DNA of 64,000 nucleotides from Synechococcus sp. (GCA_047285805.1 JBJBCN010000003.1:256001-320000), one strand, 5' to 3'. Counted from the first letter of the stretch, positions 49,042-60,002 are shown. Program-made: numbers and translations. Notes: generated by a model from the sequence alone, not told the origin.

Positions 49042-49443
49042 ATGAGCGAGGACACCCTCCCGGAGGAATTCAATTCGCCAGAACCAACAGCGGAGAGCAC
49101 CGAGATCGCTGTTGAAGCCACTGACGACCCTGACACGCACCGATTCGAGTGCCGCGCTTGCGGCTTCGTCTATGACCCCGATGAGGGAGTCAAAAAACTG
49201 GCAATCGAGGCCGGGACCCCATTCAGCGCTCTCGACCCCGATACGTTTCGCTGCCCGGTCTGCCGCAGCAAAACGCTCGCCTTCAAGGACATTGGTCCCC
49301 GGAACAAGCCGAGCGGCTTTGAGGAGAACCTCGGCTATGGCCTTGGCGTGAACACCCTGACACCTGGACAGAAGAACGTCCTGATCTTTGGCGGCTTTGC
49401 TTTAGCGATCGCCTTTTTCCTCTCCTTGTATTCCCTTCGCTGA
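49042..49443 (+). CDS. rubA: Membrane-anchored rubredoxin
   Basis: CRACG...CPVC, C-terminal TM, upstream of ycf48. Confidence 0.93.
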   Translation: MSEDTLPEEFNSPEPTAESTEIAVEATDDPDTHRFECRACGFVYDPDEGVKKLAIEAGTPFSALDPDTFRCPVCRSKTLAFKDIGPRNKPSGFEENLGYGLGVNTLTPGQKNVLIFGGFALAIAFFLSLYSLR

Positions 49444-49452
49444 GCTCAATTG

Positions 49453-50436
49453 ATGAAACGCCTGCTCTCGTCTTTGACCGCAATCCTGTTGGCGGCTGCA
49501 CTGACTGGTTGCGTCAGCACCTCCCTGCCGACTGCACAATCCAGTCCTTGGGAAGCCGTCGATATCCACACCAAGTCAAACCCGCTTGACCTGGCATTCA
49601 CGAACACACAGCACGGGTTCCTGGTCGGCAGCAACCGCTTGATACTCGAGACCAACGACGGCGGTGCGTCCTGGAACGAAATGGCGCTGGACCTGCCTGA
49701 AGAAGAAAACTTCCGTCTAATCAGCGTTGACTTCTCGGGAGACGAAGGCTGGATCGTCGGCCAGCCCGGCCTTCTGCTCCACAGCGAAGACGCTGGACAA
49801 AATTGGAGCCGATTGTTCCTGGACACCAAGTTGCCGGGGGAGCCATACATGATCACAGCCCTCGGGCCTGACAGCGCGGAACTCGCGACCAATGTCGGCG
49901 CGGTCTACCAAACTAAAGATGCGGGCAGCTCCTGGCAGGCCAAAGTGGAAGACGCCGCCGGTGCCGTCCGCGATCTACGCCGAAGCCCCGATGGGGATTA
50001 CATCAGCGTAAGCAGCCTCGGAAACTTCTTCGCGACCTGGAACCAGGGAGAAGCGCGTTGGACCCCCCACCAACGGGAAAGCAGCCAACGGTTGCAGGCG
50101 ATGGGTTTCCAGCCCAATGGGAACCTGTGGATGGTGGCCAGGGGAGCGCAGCTTCGGTTCAACGACAACGCCGGGAACCCCGAAGAGTGGAGCAAGCCGG
50201 TGGTGCCCATCACCAATGGCTATGGCTACCTAGATATGGCATGGGATCCAAGCGGCGGGATCTGGGCCGGGGGCGGAAGCGGAACGCTGCTGGTGAGCCA
50301 GGACGATGGGATGACCTGGCAAAAAGATCCTGTGGGCGCAAAGCAGCCAACCAACTTCAGCCACATCGCATTCTTCCCTGATGGCAAGGGCTTTGTCCTG
50401 GGAGAGCGAGGCTCACTGCTCCGCTGGATCGGCTGA
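49453..50436 (+). CDS. ycf48: PSII assembly factor Ycf48/Hcf136
   Basis: Lipobox, BNR repeats (TNDGGASW), position before psbE. Confidence 0.95.
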   Translation: MKRLLSSLTAILLAAALTGCVSTSLPTAQSSPWEAVDIHTKSNPLDLAFTNTQHGFLVGSNRLILETNDGGASWNEMALDLPEEENFRLISVDFSGDEGWIVGQPGLLLHSEDAGQNWSRLFLDTKLPGEPYMITALGPDSAELATNVGAVYQTKDAGSSWQAKVEDAAGAVRDLRRSPDGDYISVSSLGNFFATWNQGEARWTPHQRESSQRLQAMGFQPNGNLWMVARGAQLRFNDNAGNPEEWSKPVVPITNGYGYLDMAWDPSGGIWAGGGSGTLLVSQDDGMTWQKDPVGAKQPTNFSHIAFFPDGKGFVLGERGSLLRWIG

Positions 50437-50524
50437 GCAACAACGCTCTGTAACCAAGCGGTCGGACTAATCTCGCTGGCCGCAAGCTTCCCTTTAAGAT
50501 CGCCAAGCTGAACGCTTCAAGACC

Positions 50525-50773
50525 ATGGCCGCCGGCTCTACGGGTGAACGCCCGTTCTTCGAAATCATTACGAGCATCCGCTACTGGGTGATCCACGCAG
50601 TGACCCTGCCGTCGATCTTCCTGGCCGGTTTCCTGTTCGTGTCGACCGGCCTCGCCTACGACGCCTTCGGCACGCCCCGCCCGGATGCGTATTTCCAGGC
50701 TCAAGACACCAAAGCCCCTGTGGTTAGTCAGCGCTACGAAAGCAAGTCCTCGCTCGACCAGCGCCTGAGATAA
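50525..50773 (+). CDS. psbE: Cytochrome b559 alpha
   Basis: GERPF..IRYWVIH. Confidence 0.98.
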   Translation: MAAGSTGERPFFEIITSIRYWVIHAVTLPSIFLAGFLFVSTGLAYDAFGTPRPDAYFQAQDTKAPVVSQRYESKSSLDQRLR

Positions 50774-50776
50774 GTC

Positions 50777-50914
50777 ATGACACAAGTCCCTGCCAGCACA
50801 ACTCCGCGCAACTACCCGATCTTCACGGTCAGGTGGCTTGCAGTCCACGCCCTTGGCATCCCGACGGTGTTTTTCCTGGGTGCCCTGGCTGCGATGCAAT
50901 TCGTCCGCCGCTGA
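50777..50914 (+). CDS. psbF: Cytochrome b559 beta
   Basis: Manual translation [45 protein letters not shown]. Confidence 0.97.
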   Translation: MTQVPASTTPRNYPIFTVRWLAVHALGIPTVFFLGALAAMQFVRR

Positions 50915-50927
50915 GGTCACCTGAACA

Positions 50928-51047
50928 ATGGAACGCAAACCAAATCCGAACAACCTGCCGGTTGAACTGAACCGTACAAGCCTCTACCTAGGCCTGCTGT
51001 TCGTGTTCACCTGCGGGATCCTGTTCTCGAGCTACTTCTTCAACTGA
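50928..51047 (+). CDS. psbL: PSII protein L
   Basis: Manual translation [39 protein letters not shown]. Confidence 0.97.
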   Translation: MERKPNPNNLPVELNRTSLYLGLLFVFTCGILFSSYFFN

Positions 51048-51062
51048 TCAGGAGATCCTCAC

Positions 51063-51263
51063 ATGAGCAGCAAGAAATCTGGACTACCCGACGGAAGAAT
51101 TCCTGACCGGCTGCCTGACGGACGTCCGGCAGTGGCTTGGAAATCAAGGTGGACTGAGGGCGTGCTTCCCTTGTGGCTAGTCGCAACTGCTGGCGGCATG
51201 GCAGTTATCTTTGTGGTTGGGCTATTTTTCTATGGATCCTATACAGGTGTTGGATCTGCTTGA
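51063..51263 (+). CDS. psbJ: PSII protein J
   Basis: [20 protein letters not shown]. Confidence 0.95.
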   Translation: MSSKKSGLPDGRIPDRLPDGRPAVAWKSRWTEGVLPLWLVATAGGMAVIFVVGLFFYGSYTGVGSA

Positions 51264-51593
51264 CGAGACACAAAGAAGTGCACAAACGACATGAAAGGAG
51301 TAGGCTTGAAGCTTATAGGTCGGATTCTGGAATAAACGTAGGATATGGTATTAGCTTAGGATAGTGTTTATTGAAAGATTACTCGACTGACTTTTTTAGG
51401 AGGAGTAGCGAGTCTAGGAATTTAGTGTTGATGGATGATTTAGGAAAGAGCTTTTCAGGCTGGAAAGAGGGCGTACAAGTGTTGTCAGCATGATCCAGAG
51501 GACGGAAGTTGGCGGAGGATTGATCTGGAAGCCCAATGCGGTTGACTCGATGGAATATTGTCGTTGGAAAGGTGCTTTGCGGGGACGGCTGAA

Positions 51594-52937
51594 ATGAACT
51601 GGAGGGCGCCGTGGCTAAAGGATCGATGGTTGCCGCTGATTCTAGTAGTCCTAGACGTGGTTATGATTCTTGTAGTACATGGAGCCGTCGCGAGGGCACG
51701 TACAGGTTATTGGTTGCTGCCTGGCAATGGTGCAGCCTATGCGACATGTACGTGGATATTTGTAAGCTACATTCTGGGGAGATACGATGATACCAGTAGA
51801 AACGATTACAAGAACCTAATAAGAGAGAGCGCAATACAGTCGACAAGCGCGACGGTATTTGTCTTCTTAGGGTTGGTAGTCCATTCGTGGTTATACCAAA
51901 TCGTAGATGCACAGACAAGGTTTAGGGGTTTTCTAGTTCCCACCTTAGCTGTGATTGGAATTGTGGGGATTTGCTCAAGACTGGGAATCCTAAGTGTCGG
52001 AAAGAAAGCCAAGGGATCTAGGTGGGTTGTGATCTGTTCGGAAAGAGAAAAGAGGGTGCTTTTGAATGGACTCCGTGAGTGGGAACGTTCAAAGTCGGAC
52101 TTTCATGACGTAGAGAGTTTTAAGTCGGAGATAATGCCTAACGCCAGGATGAATGTTGCCATAGGAGAGGATATTGGGCCGGGGGAGATTGGCTACTTCT
52201 ATCTAGCAAGGCTTAGGGCAAGCGGATACAAGGTAGTTCGACTTACTGACTGGTGCGAGATGGCGCTACAAAGGATACCTTCTGAGTTGATTGACGAGAA
52301 ATGGTTTCTGCTTAGTGAGGGATTCGCGATTCAGCCTGGACGTATCTGGTGGAGGGTTAAAAGGGTTGGGGATGTTGTTCTTAGCCTGATTTTAGCTGTG
52401 ATGACATTGCCATTAGTGGCGGTGGCATGTGCTGCAATATGGCTGGGCGACCAGGGTCCAATGTTCTATAGTCAAGTAAGGACTGGTATCTATGGAGCAA
52501 GGATAAAGATCTGGAAGCTAAGAAGCATGAAAGTTAACGCAGAGAAAGACGGTGCCAAGTGGGCCGTAAGAGATGACAAGAGAGTTACAAGAGTTGGAAA
52601 GATAATTAGAAAGACAAGGATAGATGAACTGCCACAACTGTGGAGTGTAGTCATTGGAGACTTAAGCTTGATAGGACCACGGCCAGAGAGGCCAGAGATT
52701 GAGAATAAGCTAGAGGAGTATATAGAGAATTACAGGACGAGAGAGTGGATTAGACCGGGATTGAGTGGATGGGCACAAGTTTCGTATCCATATGGAGCAA
52801 GCTTAAACGACACAAAGATGAAGTTATCATATGATTTATATTACCTCAAGAATGCGGGTCTATTGATGGACATTTTCATACTGCTAAAAACTATTAGGCT
52901 AGTAATACGGGCTGAAGGCAGCAACCCAAGTAACTAA
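51594..52937 (+). CDS. Priming sugar transferase (WbaP/WcaJ family)
   Basis: KRVGD, KLRSM, DKRVTRVG..RKTRIDELPQ, GPRPER, PGLSGWAQV, YDLYY. Confidence 0.92.
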   Translation: MNWRAPWLKDRWLPLILVVLDVVMILVVHGAVARARTGYWLLPGNGAAYATCTWIFVSYILGRYDDTSRNDYKNLIRESAIQSTSATVFVFLGLVVHSWLYQIVDAQTRFRGFLVPTLAVIGIVGICSRLGILSVGKKAKGSRWVVICSEREKRVLLNGLREWERSKSDFHDVESFKSEIMPNARMNVAIGEDIGPGEIGYFYLARLRASGYKVVRLTDWCEMALQRIPSELIDEKWFLLSEGFAIQPGRIWWRVKRVGDVVLSLILAVMTLPLVAVACAAIWLGDQGPMFYSQVRTGIYGARIKIWKLRSMKVNAEKDGAKWAVRDDKRVTRVGKIIRKTRIDELPQLWSVVIGDLSLIGPRPERPEIENKLEEYIENYRTREWIRPGLSGWAQVSYPYGASLNDTKMKLSYDLYYLKNAGLLMDIFILLKTIRLVIRAEGSNPSN

Positions 52938-52954
52938 GAGACTGAGTACAGATA

Positions 52955-53878
52955 ATGATTCTTTGGATTGATAGCGAGAATGGTAGGAGAGGGGGCTCGG
53001 TATATTTAAAGAGGTGTCATGGACAGTTGCAGAAGAATGGACAAGAAAGCAAGTATCTAATGATCAAGAGTATGTCAGACAGACTCAGAGTAATAATGGC
53101 GTCGTGGTTAAGAGGGAATGAGGTAAGAGGAACACTGCCACGCGAGTTAGCAGTACTGTTTTTTTGCAGAAAAGCCAGCGGATACATACAGAGCCCGATA
53201 GAGGAATGGTCGTTACTGTCAAGAAAGGTGACAGGACTATTGCTTAGGTTTAGTGGAATGAGGTGTGCTTGTGTGTCGAGGACGACTCAGCAGTCAGCTG
53301 TAAAGTGTGGGGCAAAGAGAGTCTGTATAGAGTATGCCAGGATAGACGGTACAAGTGTAGAAGCAGGTCGGAATGAATGGACTACCGGTTCAAGTGAGAT
53401 TGTGTTTGTGGTCATGGATAATGGCCTAATTGACAAAGGCTATCTAAGGCATATGTCAATCATCGAAGAAATCGGGAATGAATACGAGGTACGTGTGGAA
53501 GCCTACGGAATGGAGACTGGACGCGTATATAAACAAATAGGCAAGAACCGGAACAATGGCTTCATAAGAGATCCATTTGAGCATGCAAGAGTGAACAATA
53601 GAGAGAAGTATATGTTTTACCTCGGGTGTTCAAGATACGAGGGTTTGCACATGGCTGTAGTGGAAGCAGCTGTTGCTGGTATACCAAGTATATTAAGCGA
53701 CATACCAGCACACAGAGAACTTGAGGAAATTGCCGGCAAGCCCCTTGCTATTGGCAGAGGTGTAAACGACAATATATGTATGATAAGGAAGTTAGTGAAG
53801 GGAGGGAGGTACGCGAGTGAAGTGGAAAAGTGCGAGAGTCTTGCAAGAAGGTTTAGCCTACTGAGCGGGTATGACTGA
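52955..53878 (+). CDS. Glycosyltransferase, GT4-like
   Basis: SRYEGLHMAVVEA..GIPSILSDIP. Confidence 0.75.
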   Translation: MILWIDSENGRRGGSVYLKRCHGQLQKNGQESKYLMIKSMSDRLRVIMASWLRGNEVRGTLPRELAVLFFCRKASGYIQSPIEEWSLLSRKVTGLLLRFSGMRCACVSRTTQQSAVKCGAKRVCIEYARIDGTSVEAGRNEWTTGSSEIVFVVMDNGLIDKGYLRHMSIIEEIGNEYEVRVEAYGMETGRVYKQIGKNRNNGFIRDPFEHARVNNREKYMFYLGCSRYEGLHMAVVEAAVAGIPSILSDIPAHRELEEIAGKPLAIGRGVNDNICMIRKLVKGGRYASEVEKCESLARRFSLLSGYD

Positions 53879-53886
53879 GACTATAT

Positions 53887-55380
53887 ATGGGTAATATGCA
53901 GGCGGGAATTGGTATCAGCAGCTGTTTGGTTGCGCTGACTACTACGTTGCTATTCAGTACTCTGATTCGCAGAAGAGAAAGTGCAAGTGGATTTACGGTT
54001 ATATCTCCAAGTGCTGTATTTATGGCTGGCATTTTAGCCAGGTTTGGCTTGGGGAGTCTAATAATAGGTCTTATGCCAGAGTCTTTAGTGCTTGATGGTG
54101 AATATAGGCAGTACATAGTGTCATGGATATACAGTGAGGATGTGTCGCGACTATGGATAGTTTATGTGCTGGCGGGAGGGTTGCTGTATTCAATATTGGA
54201 AATAGTAATGTACAGGAAGAGTATGGGTACAGAGTCTGCACAAAGAGAGTGCAGCGACGGTTGGTTCAGCTGGATCAGGAGAGTAAGATCTGGAACTGGG
54301 AATGAATGGAAAATAGTAAAGCTGGTGTCAGCAAGTTGCTTGGGTGTGTTTTTTGTGGGTACTTGTATAGCAGCAATCACAGGATCTATGGATAGGGGAG
54401 GGGGGTATGAGTTCTGGGCGAGTATGCCTTTCAGACCAGAAGCGCCTTTCATAGCCTTCGTAAGGCTTAAACAGATAGGCTATTTTCTACTACCTATAAC
54501 TTGGAAGCATTGCAGTAGAGCTCTCAGGATTCTTCTTGGAATTAGCGCTGCGTCTCCACTATTATTAGAGGCGATAGCAGGCGGAAGAGGAGCAGTATTA
54601 TATCCATTGGCAATGGTTTTCTTGGGTTATATGTGTGTGTGCCTAAGGCCAAAGAGATTATTGCTAAATGGTGCTTTGATCGCAATATTTTTTGGTGTAG
54701 CAGTTCCATATATGGCGGCTTATAGAGACAGCTCCAAGATAAGAGAAATAAGCCATGGGGACGTTGTCGGTAGATTAGGAGCACTACTAGTAGGTGTTGA
54801 CCGGGATAGGATTGGCTATAGATATATGGCTTTAGGAAGAGAGATATATGCTTGCAGTGATGGCTATATAGTTGAGGCCGCAAAGAATAGAAATGGTACT
54901 TCACTAAGAGCAGGCCTTGACGACATTAATCTGAAGACCATTGGGAGGATAATACTGCCTAGGTGGCTATCGAAAGATAAGTCGTATGAAAAGGGTGATG
55001 GTGCACAGATAGCTAAGCGCTTAATGGGTGTTGAAAACAAGAATTGGTACCCATGCATTACTAGCCCAGCAGACCTGTTTAGACGCGAGGGTTGGTTAGG
55101 GGTACTGGTAGGTGGGGGTTTGATGGGTGGTGTGATCTGGAGTTTAGAAGTTGTCTGGTTGAGAGTTGGTGTGATGGGGAGGAGTGTCCAGACACTGATA
55201 CTAACGGTGCTACCAGCAGCGTATATTCAGTCTGGCTTATATGGGACAGTAAAAGAGCTTTTATGGCAGTTGGCTTGGGATCTACCGAAGTACGTGTTAG
55301 CTATATGCGTTATAGGTTGGATCGCCAAGAGGGTAGAAGCAGTTGCAGCAAGACAGGGAAAGAGCAGAAGCAATGTCTAA
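53887..55380 (+). CDS. Putative polysaccharide polymerase (Wzy-like)
   Basis: Polytopic; GGRG, YR, ILPRW motifs common in Wzy-like proteins. Confidence 0.6.
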   Translation: MGNMQAGIGISSCLVALTTTLLFSTLIRRRESASGFTVISPSAVFMAGILARFGLGSLIIGLMPESLVLDGEYRQYIVSWIYSEDVSRLWIVYVLAGGLLYSILEIVMYRKSMGTESAQRECSDGWFSWIRRVRSGTGNEWKIVKLVSASCLGVFFVGTCIAAITGSMDRGGGYEFWASMPFRPEAPFIAFVRLKQIGYFLLPITWKHCSRALRILLGISAASPLLLEAIAGGRGAVLYPLAMVFLGYMCVCLRPKRLLLNGALIAIFFGVAVPYMAAYRDSSKIREISHGDVVGRLGALLVGVDRDRIGYRYMALGREIYACSDGYIVEAAKNRNGTSLRAGLDDINLKTIGRIILPRWLSKDKSYEKGDGAQIAKRLMGVENKNWYPCITSPADLFRREGWLGVLVGGGLMGGVIWSLEVVWLRVGVMGRSVQTLILTVLPAAYIQSGLYGTVKELLWQLAWDLPKYVLAICVIGWIAKRVEAVAARQGKSRSNV

Positions 55381-56461
55381 ACATAAGTGGATTATAGTTT
55401 GCTCGTCGCCAAACGGCCGGGGCATTCATAACTTTGCGAGTTATTTAACTAACATAGTAAGGGGGAGGCTGGTCACTTGCAAGAGTAATACTCGATGGTT
55501 TGTTGCATGGGAGATGTTGGGAATAGTCCGATATGTTCGCATGATACGAATGGCTGATGAAACGGTTTTTGCAAACACGAGAGTTTCTCCGTTGTTATGG
55601 ACATTAATAGATTGGAAGAAGATCACAGTTGTAGTACATGACTTGATGGATACACGGGCAGAGAGATTGAATGATGATTGGAAGAATGGGATTCGCAAGA
55701 AGGTTGCAAGGAGGGTAAATTCCTGGATAATAGAGGTTTCAGTGAGGAAAGCGGGCAAAGTTATTTTTAATAGCCGTTATACAGAGACTCAAGTAAGTAG
55801 GTGGTTGAACGGTAAGATGGGTCGTGCATGTGTAATATACCCACCACCTTCCTTTGCTGGTATAGGAAGCGAGCTGACTATTGAAGAAGGATCAGAAGAA
55901 GTGGACAAAGGCAAGATAAAGATATTGGTGGTGACAGGCATGACGAAGAATAAGGTGTATGAGGAGTACAGGGTATTTCACGAAAGGCTTCAGGCTGAGA
56001 TTGGGAAGATAGTGTCTCTAGTTATCTATGGTGTACAACTTGAAAAGGCGGAGGTGGATTTCCAGAAGTGGGTAGTAGAGAGTAATGGCATTGTAAGCAT
56101 TAAGTATAAGAGAGATCTGCGGGAACTTTTAAGCGATTATCTCGAGTGCAATTTGGTATGCTCGTTATCGATAGAGGAAGGCTATGGGATGCCAGTAGCT
56201 GATGCAGTTGGATTCGGGATACCTGTGATTGCGAGGTCAATAGGTGCGTATAGAGAGGTTAAGCAGAAGTTTGACGAGTTCAACATGCTAAGATTGGGTA
56301 GAGATGTTGATGACTGTGTAGCGAAGGCTGCAAAGTTGTTGCAGGAGATGCCTAAGAAAGAAAGTAAGGAAGAGAGATTTACAAGGTATAGAAGGTTCTG
56401 CAGAGAGAGTGAGATAGATACATGGGAGAAACTCAGAAGGGAAAGGGGTGAATGCAGATGA
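55373..56461 (+). CDS. Glycosyltransferase, GT4-like
   Basis: VVHDL, IFNSRYT, SIEEGYGMPVADA..GIPVI. Confidence 0.8.
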   Translation: MSKHKWIIVCSSPNGRGIHNFASYLTNIVRGRLVTCKSNTRWFVAWEMLGIVRYVRMIRMADETVFANTRVSPLLWTLIDWKKITVVVHDLMDTRAERLNDDWKNGIRKKVARRVNSWIIEVSVRKAGKVIFNSRYTETQVSRWLNGKMGRACVIYPPPSFAGIGSELTIEEGSEEVDKGKIKILVVTGMTKNKVYEEYRVFHERLQAEIGKIVSLVIYGVQLEKAEVDFQKWVVESNGIVSIKYKRDLRELLSDYLECNLVCSLSIEEGYGMPVADAVGFGIPVIARSIGAYREVKQKFDEFNMLRLGRDVDDCVAKAAKLLQEMPKKESKEERFTRYRRFCRESEIDTWEKLRRERGECR

Positions 56462-57660
56462 GAGTATTGATGGTGTGCCTAACAAATCCAAAGGATGGAA
56501 AGAAAGGTGACACAAAGCTTGTGAAGAAGAGGCGGGACGTATTAGAGACGATGGGCTGCATTGTCGATGTACTCTATTTTGAATGGAGCTTTTATAGATC
56601 TTCGATAGGTATCAAGAGAAGAGGTGCAGCTAGCAAGAGTGTGGACATTGTTGCGAGGTTGAACACCTGGAGAATGCTCTGTTGGTTATTGAGAGCTGAT
56701 CTATTTGCAAGAAAGGAGCCGGTTCAGACTTGGGTATCGTTTGGCATCGCAGATTTGCACAGAAAGGATCTAGTACATATTTTTTCTTCTTATACGTGTA
56801 TACACTTTTTTCATATAAGGAGTATAGGATTATGGAAGTTGGTGTCAAAGAACAGTAGAGTAGTTGTAGACCTAATTGACTCCTACACACTAAACATAGG
56901 GAATCGATTGAAGACAGAAGACAGCTGGTGGAGAGGACTGATTTTGAGAGAGGAGTATAGGAGGATAAGGAGGATGGAGACCAATATTGAGAGGTATATA
57001 CTAAATAGCCGCAAGTCAGCGATTACGGCAGTTGCAGAAGCCGATTTAAGTTTTATCGGTGCGTGCTCTACAAAGAAAGTAGTTGTACCTGTAGGGATCA
57101 ACAGGGAAGTGCTCGGCGAGATGCGTAGACAAGAAGGGAATCTGAAGTGCGTATTCTTTGGAAACCTAGACTACGAACCAAATATAAAGGCCTGTAATAT
57201 CTTACTAGAGGTGGCTAGCTTGTTGAGAAAAAGAGGTATGTATAGCAAGATAGACATAACGATTGCTGGAAGGAATGTGGGCAATAGGTTACGGAAGAAA
57301 CTAGAACGGGAGGGTATACAGGTAAAGTCACCTGTTAAAGATATGTTTAAGCTTGTACACGCTTACGATCTAGCAATAATGCCGATGGTAAGCGGAAGTG
57401 GAATGCAGTCTAAGGTATTAGAAGCAATTGCATGGGGTGTTGTAGTTATGACAACAAGAAGAGCTGCAGGGCCAGTGGGGCTATCCAAGAGTAGTGAATA
57501 TATCGAGATAGAATCAGCTGAAGATATTGTTGTTAAGCTAAGCGATATTATGAATGGCGAATATAGGGTAGAGGAAATGAGGAGAAAGGCTCATTCAAAG
57601 ATAGGAAGGTTCGAGTGGGTAGACACATGCAGGGTTCTGGTAGGTTTATACAAGGGGTAG
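56452..57660 (+). CDS. Glycosyltransferase, GT4-like
   Basis: FFGNLDYEPN, PMVSGSGMQSKVLEA. Confidence 0.8.
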   Translation: MQMRVLMVCLTNPKDGKKGDTKLVKKRRDVLETMGCIVDVLYFEWSFYRSSIGIKRRGAASKSVDIVARLNTWRMLCWLLRADLFARKEPVQTWVSFGIADLHRKDLVHIFSSYTCIHFFHIRSIGLWKLVSKNSRVVVDLIDSYTLNIGNRLKTEDSWWRGLILREEYRRIRRMETNIERYILNSRKSAITAVAEADLSFIGACSTKKVVVPVGINREVLGEMRRQEGNLKCVFFGNLDYEPNIKACNILLEVASLLRKRGMYSKIDITIAGRNVGNRLRKKLEREGIQVKSPVKDMFKLVHAYDLAIMPMVSGSGMQSKVLEAIAWGVVVMTTRRAAGPVGLSKSSEYIEIESAEDIVVKLSDIMNGEYRVEEMRRKAHSKIGRFEWVDTCRVLVGLYKG

Positions 57661-57710
57661 GTTGCGGGTCACTGTTGTTGTAAGATGGCTAGTGAGATAA
57701 GGAATGGACA

Positions 57711-58775
57711 GTGGAGTATTTAGAACATTACAAAGGAAAAAGGGTCTTGGTGACAGGACACACAGGATTTAAAGGTTCGTGGCTAACAATATGGCTAAAA
57801 ATGCTGGGTGCTCATGTATATGGTTACGCATTACCGGCTGTAAGTAGGACATTATATAGTGATGCATCAATAGCGAGCATAGTAGAGAGAGAGAGATTGA
57901 CCGATATCGGGTTTGATCAAGATCTGGAAGGGTTTATAAGTAGTGCAAGGCCAGATATAGTTTTCCATTTAGCTGCAGAGGCAATTGTAGGTAGGGCTCA
58001 CAAGGATCCTGTAAATGCGTGGCAGACGAACGTGATGGGAACATTAAAGCTTTTGAATGTGCTGAAGTCGCTGAATAGTAATTGTCGCCTAGTTGTGATA
58101 ACAAGTGATAAGTGCTATGAGAACAATGAATGGATTTGGGGGTATAGGGAGAACGATGTGCTTGGGGGAAAAGATATGTACAGTGCGTCAAAGGCGGCGG
58201 TAGAGATCCTAGTAAGTGCATTCAATAGGTCTTATCTAGAGGACGAGGGAGGTAGAATGTTAGTGGCTACAGCAAGAGCAGGTAACGTAATAGGTGGTGG
58301 TGACTGGTCAGACTACAGACTCGTCCCAGATTGCATACGGAGCTGGGAGAGTGGGAACTCTGTAGTGTTGAGAAATCCAAATTCGACCAGGCCGTGGCAA
58401 CATGTGTTAGAACCCCTGCGGGGATATTTGAAGTTGGCATATACGCTGTCTATCGACGGGAAGATACATGGCCAAGCCTTTAACTTTGGCCCAGATGCTT
58501 CTGACACGAAGAAGGTTGGTGAACTAGTTAAGGAGCTCAGTCGGTACTGGAAAGATGTGACGTGGGCTTATGCATCGGATAAAGAAGAGTTCAGTGAATG
58601 CTCATTGTTATCCTTAAATTGCGATAAGGCAGGGTCGAAACTAAAGTGGAGGCCGTCACTTAGATTTGAGGAGACAGCAGCTATGACAGCCGAATGGTAC
58701 TTTGAGAATAGCAAGGGGAGTAGCGCCCATGAGCTATGCAGGAGACAGATCTTGTCGTATCAAGAGATAGGATAA
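57711..58775 (+). CDS. rfbG: CDP-glucose 4,6-dehydratase
   Basis: TGHTGFKGSWL, TSDKCYEN, YSASK, RAGNVIGGGDW, RPWQHVLEP. Confidence 0.95.
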   Translation: MEYLEHYKGKRVLVTGHTGFKGSWLTIWLKMLGAHVYGYALPAVSRTLYSDASIASIVERERLTDIGFDQDLEGFISSARPDIVFHLAAEAIVGRAHKDPVNAWQTNVMGTLKLLNVLKSLNSNCRLVVITSDKCYENNEWIWGYRENDVLGGKDMYSASKAAVEILVSAFNRSYLEDEGGRMLVATARAGNVIGGGDWSDYRLVPDCIRSWESGNSVVLRNPNSTRPWQHVLEPLRGYLKLAYTLSIDGKIHGQAFNFGPDASDTKKVGELVKELSRYWKDVTWAYASDKEEFSECSLLSLNCDKAGSKLKWRPSLRFEETAAMTAEWYFENSKGSSAHELCRRQILSYQEIG

Positions 58776-58779
58776 GCAT

Positions 58780-59226
58780 ATGATTCTATCAAGACTGGAT
58801 GTGATTAGTGGCCGCGGAAGCTCAGTTGTGAAGTTCCTAAAGGATTCGGATGATGACTATAGAGGGTTTGGTGAGATGTACTTTTCAAAAGTAAGCAGTG
58901 GAGTAGATAGAGGCTGGAAGATACATTCAAAGGCGACGTGCAATATAATGGTCCCTTACGGTAGAGTTCTATTTTGTGTGGCTCAGTATAACATTTCTAG
59001 TTGGCGCTTCGTAGAATTAGGACAAGAACCTGCAGAAAGACTGACAATAGAACCCATGAGTTGGTATAGGTTTCTCAATATAGAGAGTCATGATTCCATA
59101 ATAGCCAATGTGATAGATATTAAACATTCAGATGAGCAGGTGGATGGAGGGCAGGCCGAGTTGATGCTAAACAAGCCAAAGGCTGAGGTAGAATGGGATA
59201 AGAGGACTGTCAGGTTTCCCTTGTGA
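58780..59226 (+). CDS. RmlC-like cupin sugar epimerase
   Basis: FGEMYFS, GWKIH, LTIEP..W..F. Confidence 0.75.
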   Translation: MILSRLDVISGRGSSVVKFLKDSDDDYRGFGEMYFSKVSSGVDRGWKIHSKATCNIMVPYGRVLFCVAQYNISSWRFVELGQEPAERLTIEPMSWYRFLNIESHDSIIANVIDIKHSDEQVDGGQAELMLNKPKAEVEWDKRTVRFPL

Positions 59227-59996
59227 TGGAAGTAGTAATATTAGCTGGTGGTCTGGGAACGAGGCTGTCAGAATACACAGATAAGATACCAAAGCCAATG
59301 GTTCCAATTGGTGGCAAGCCGATCTTGTGGCATATTATGCAGAGATATGCTCAGTACGGGTACAAGAACTTTGTTATTGCCCTCGGGTATAAAGGTGACT
59401 TAATAAAGGAATATTTTCTTAGGTTTTCACAGATTAACAGTGACTTTACTGTCGACCTCAAAGATGGCAGTGTCGAGTTGCTGAGCAGATCTACTGCAGA
59501 CTGGAAGGTTACTTTGGTGGATACTGGAGAAAATACAGCAACAGGGGGAAGGTTAAAGAAGATTGGCAAGCACATTAGTGGAAGCAGATTTATGCTGACA
59601 TATGGTGATGGTTTATCAGATGTAGATATCGACAGATTAGTCGAGTTTCACGAGAGAAGCAGACGTCTGGCTACGGTAACTGCTGTAAGACCACCGACTC
59701 GATTTGGCGAGATTTCAATAACTGAAGATATAGTGACAAGGTTTGCTGAGAAACCTCAGATGGATGGGGGATGGATCAGCGGTGGATATTTCGTACTAGA
59801 CAAGAAGGTGTTAGATTTAATTGAGTCAGAAGATGAGATGTTTGAAAGAAGGGCCTTGGAGATGCTTGCCATTCAGAGAGAACTAGGTGCCTACAGACAT
59901 GAAGGTTACTGGCAATGCATGGACACCAAAAGAGATCTAAATACCCTGGAGGAGATATGGAACAAAGAATCAAAGGCTCCATGGATCTCAACGTAG
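59226..59996 (+). CDS. rfbF: Glucose-1-phosphate cytidylyltransferase
   Basis: LAGGLGTRL, PKPMV, TGGRLK, TYGDG, WQCMDT. Confidence 0.95.
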   Translation: MEVVILAGGLGTRLSEYTDKIPKPMVPIGGKPILWHIMQRYAQYGYKNFVIALGYKGDLIKEYFLRFSQINSDFTVDLKDGSVELLSRSTADWKVTLVDTGENTATGGRLKKIGKHISGSRFMLTYGDGLSDVDIDRLVEFHERSRRLATVTAVRPPTRFGEISITEDIVTRFAEKPQMDGGWISGGYFVLDKKVLDLIESEDEMFERRALEMLAIQRELGAYRHEGYWQCMDTKRDLNTLEEIWNKESKAPWIST

Positions 59997-60002
59997 ATAA
60001 GG

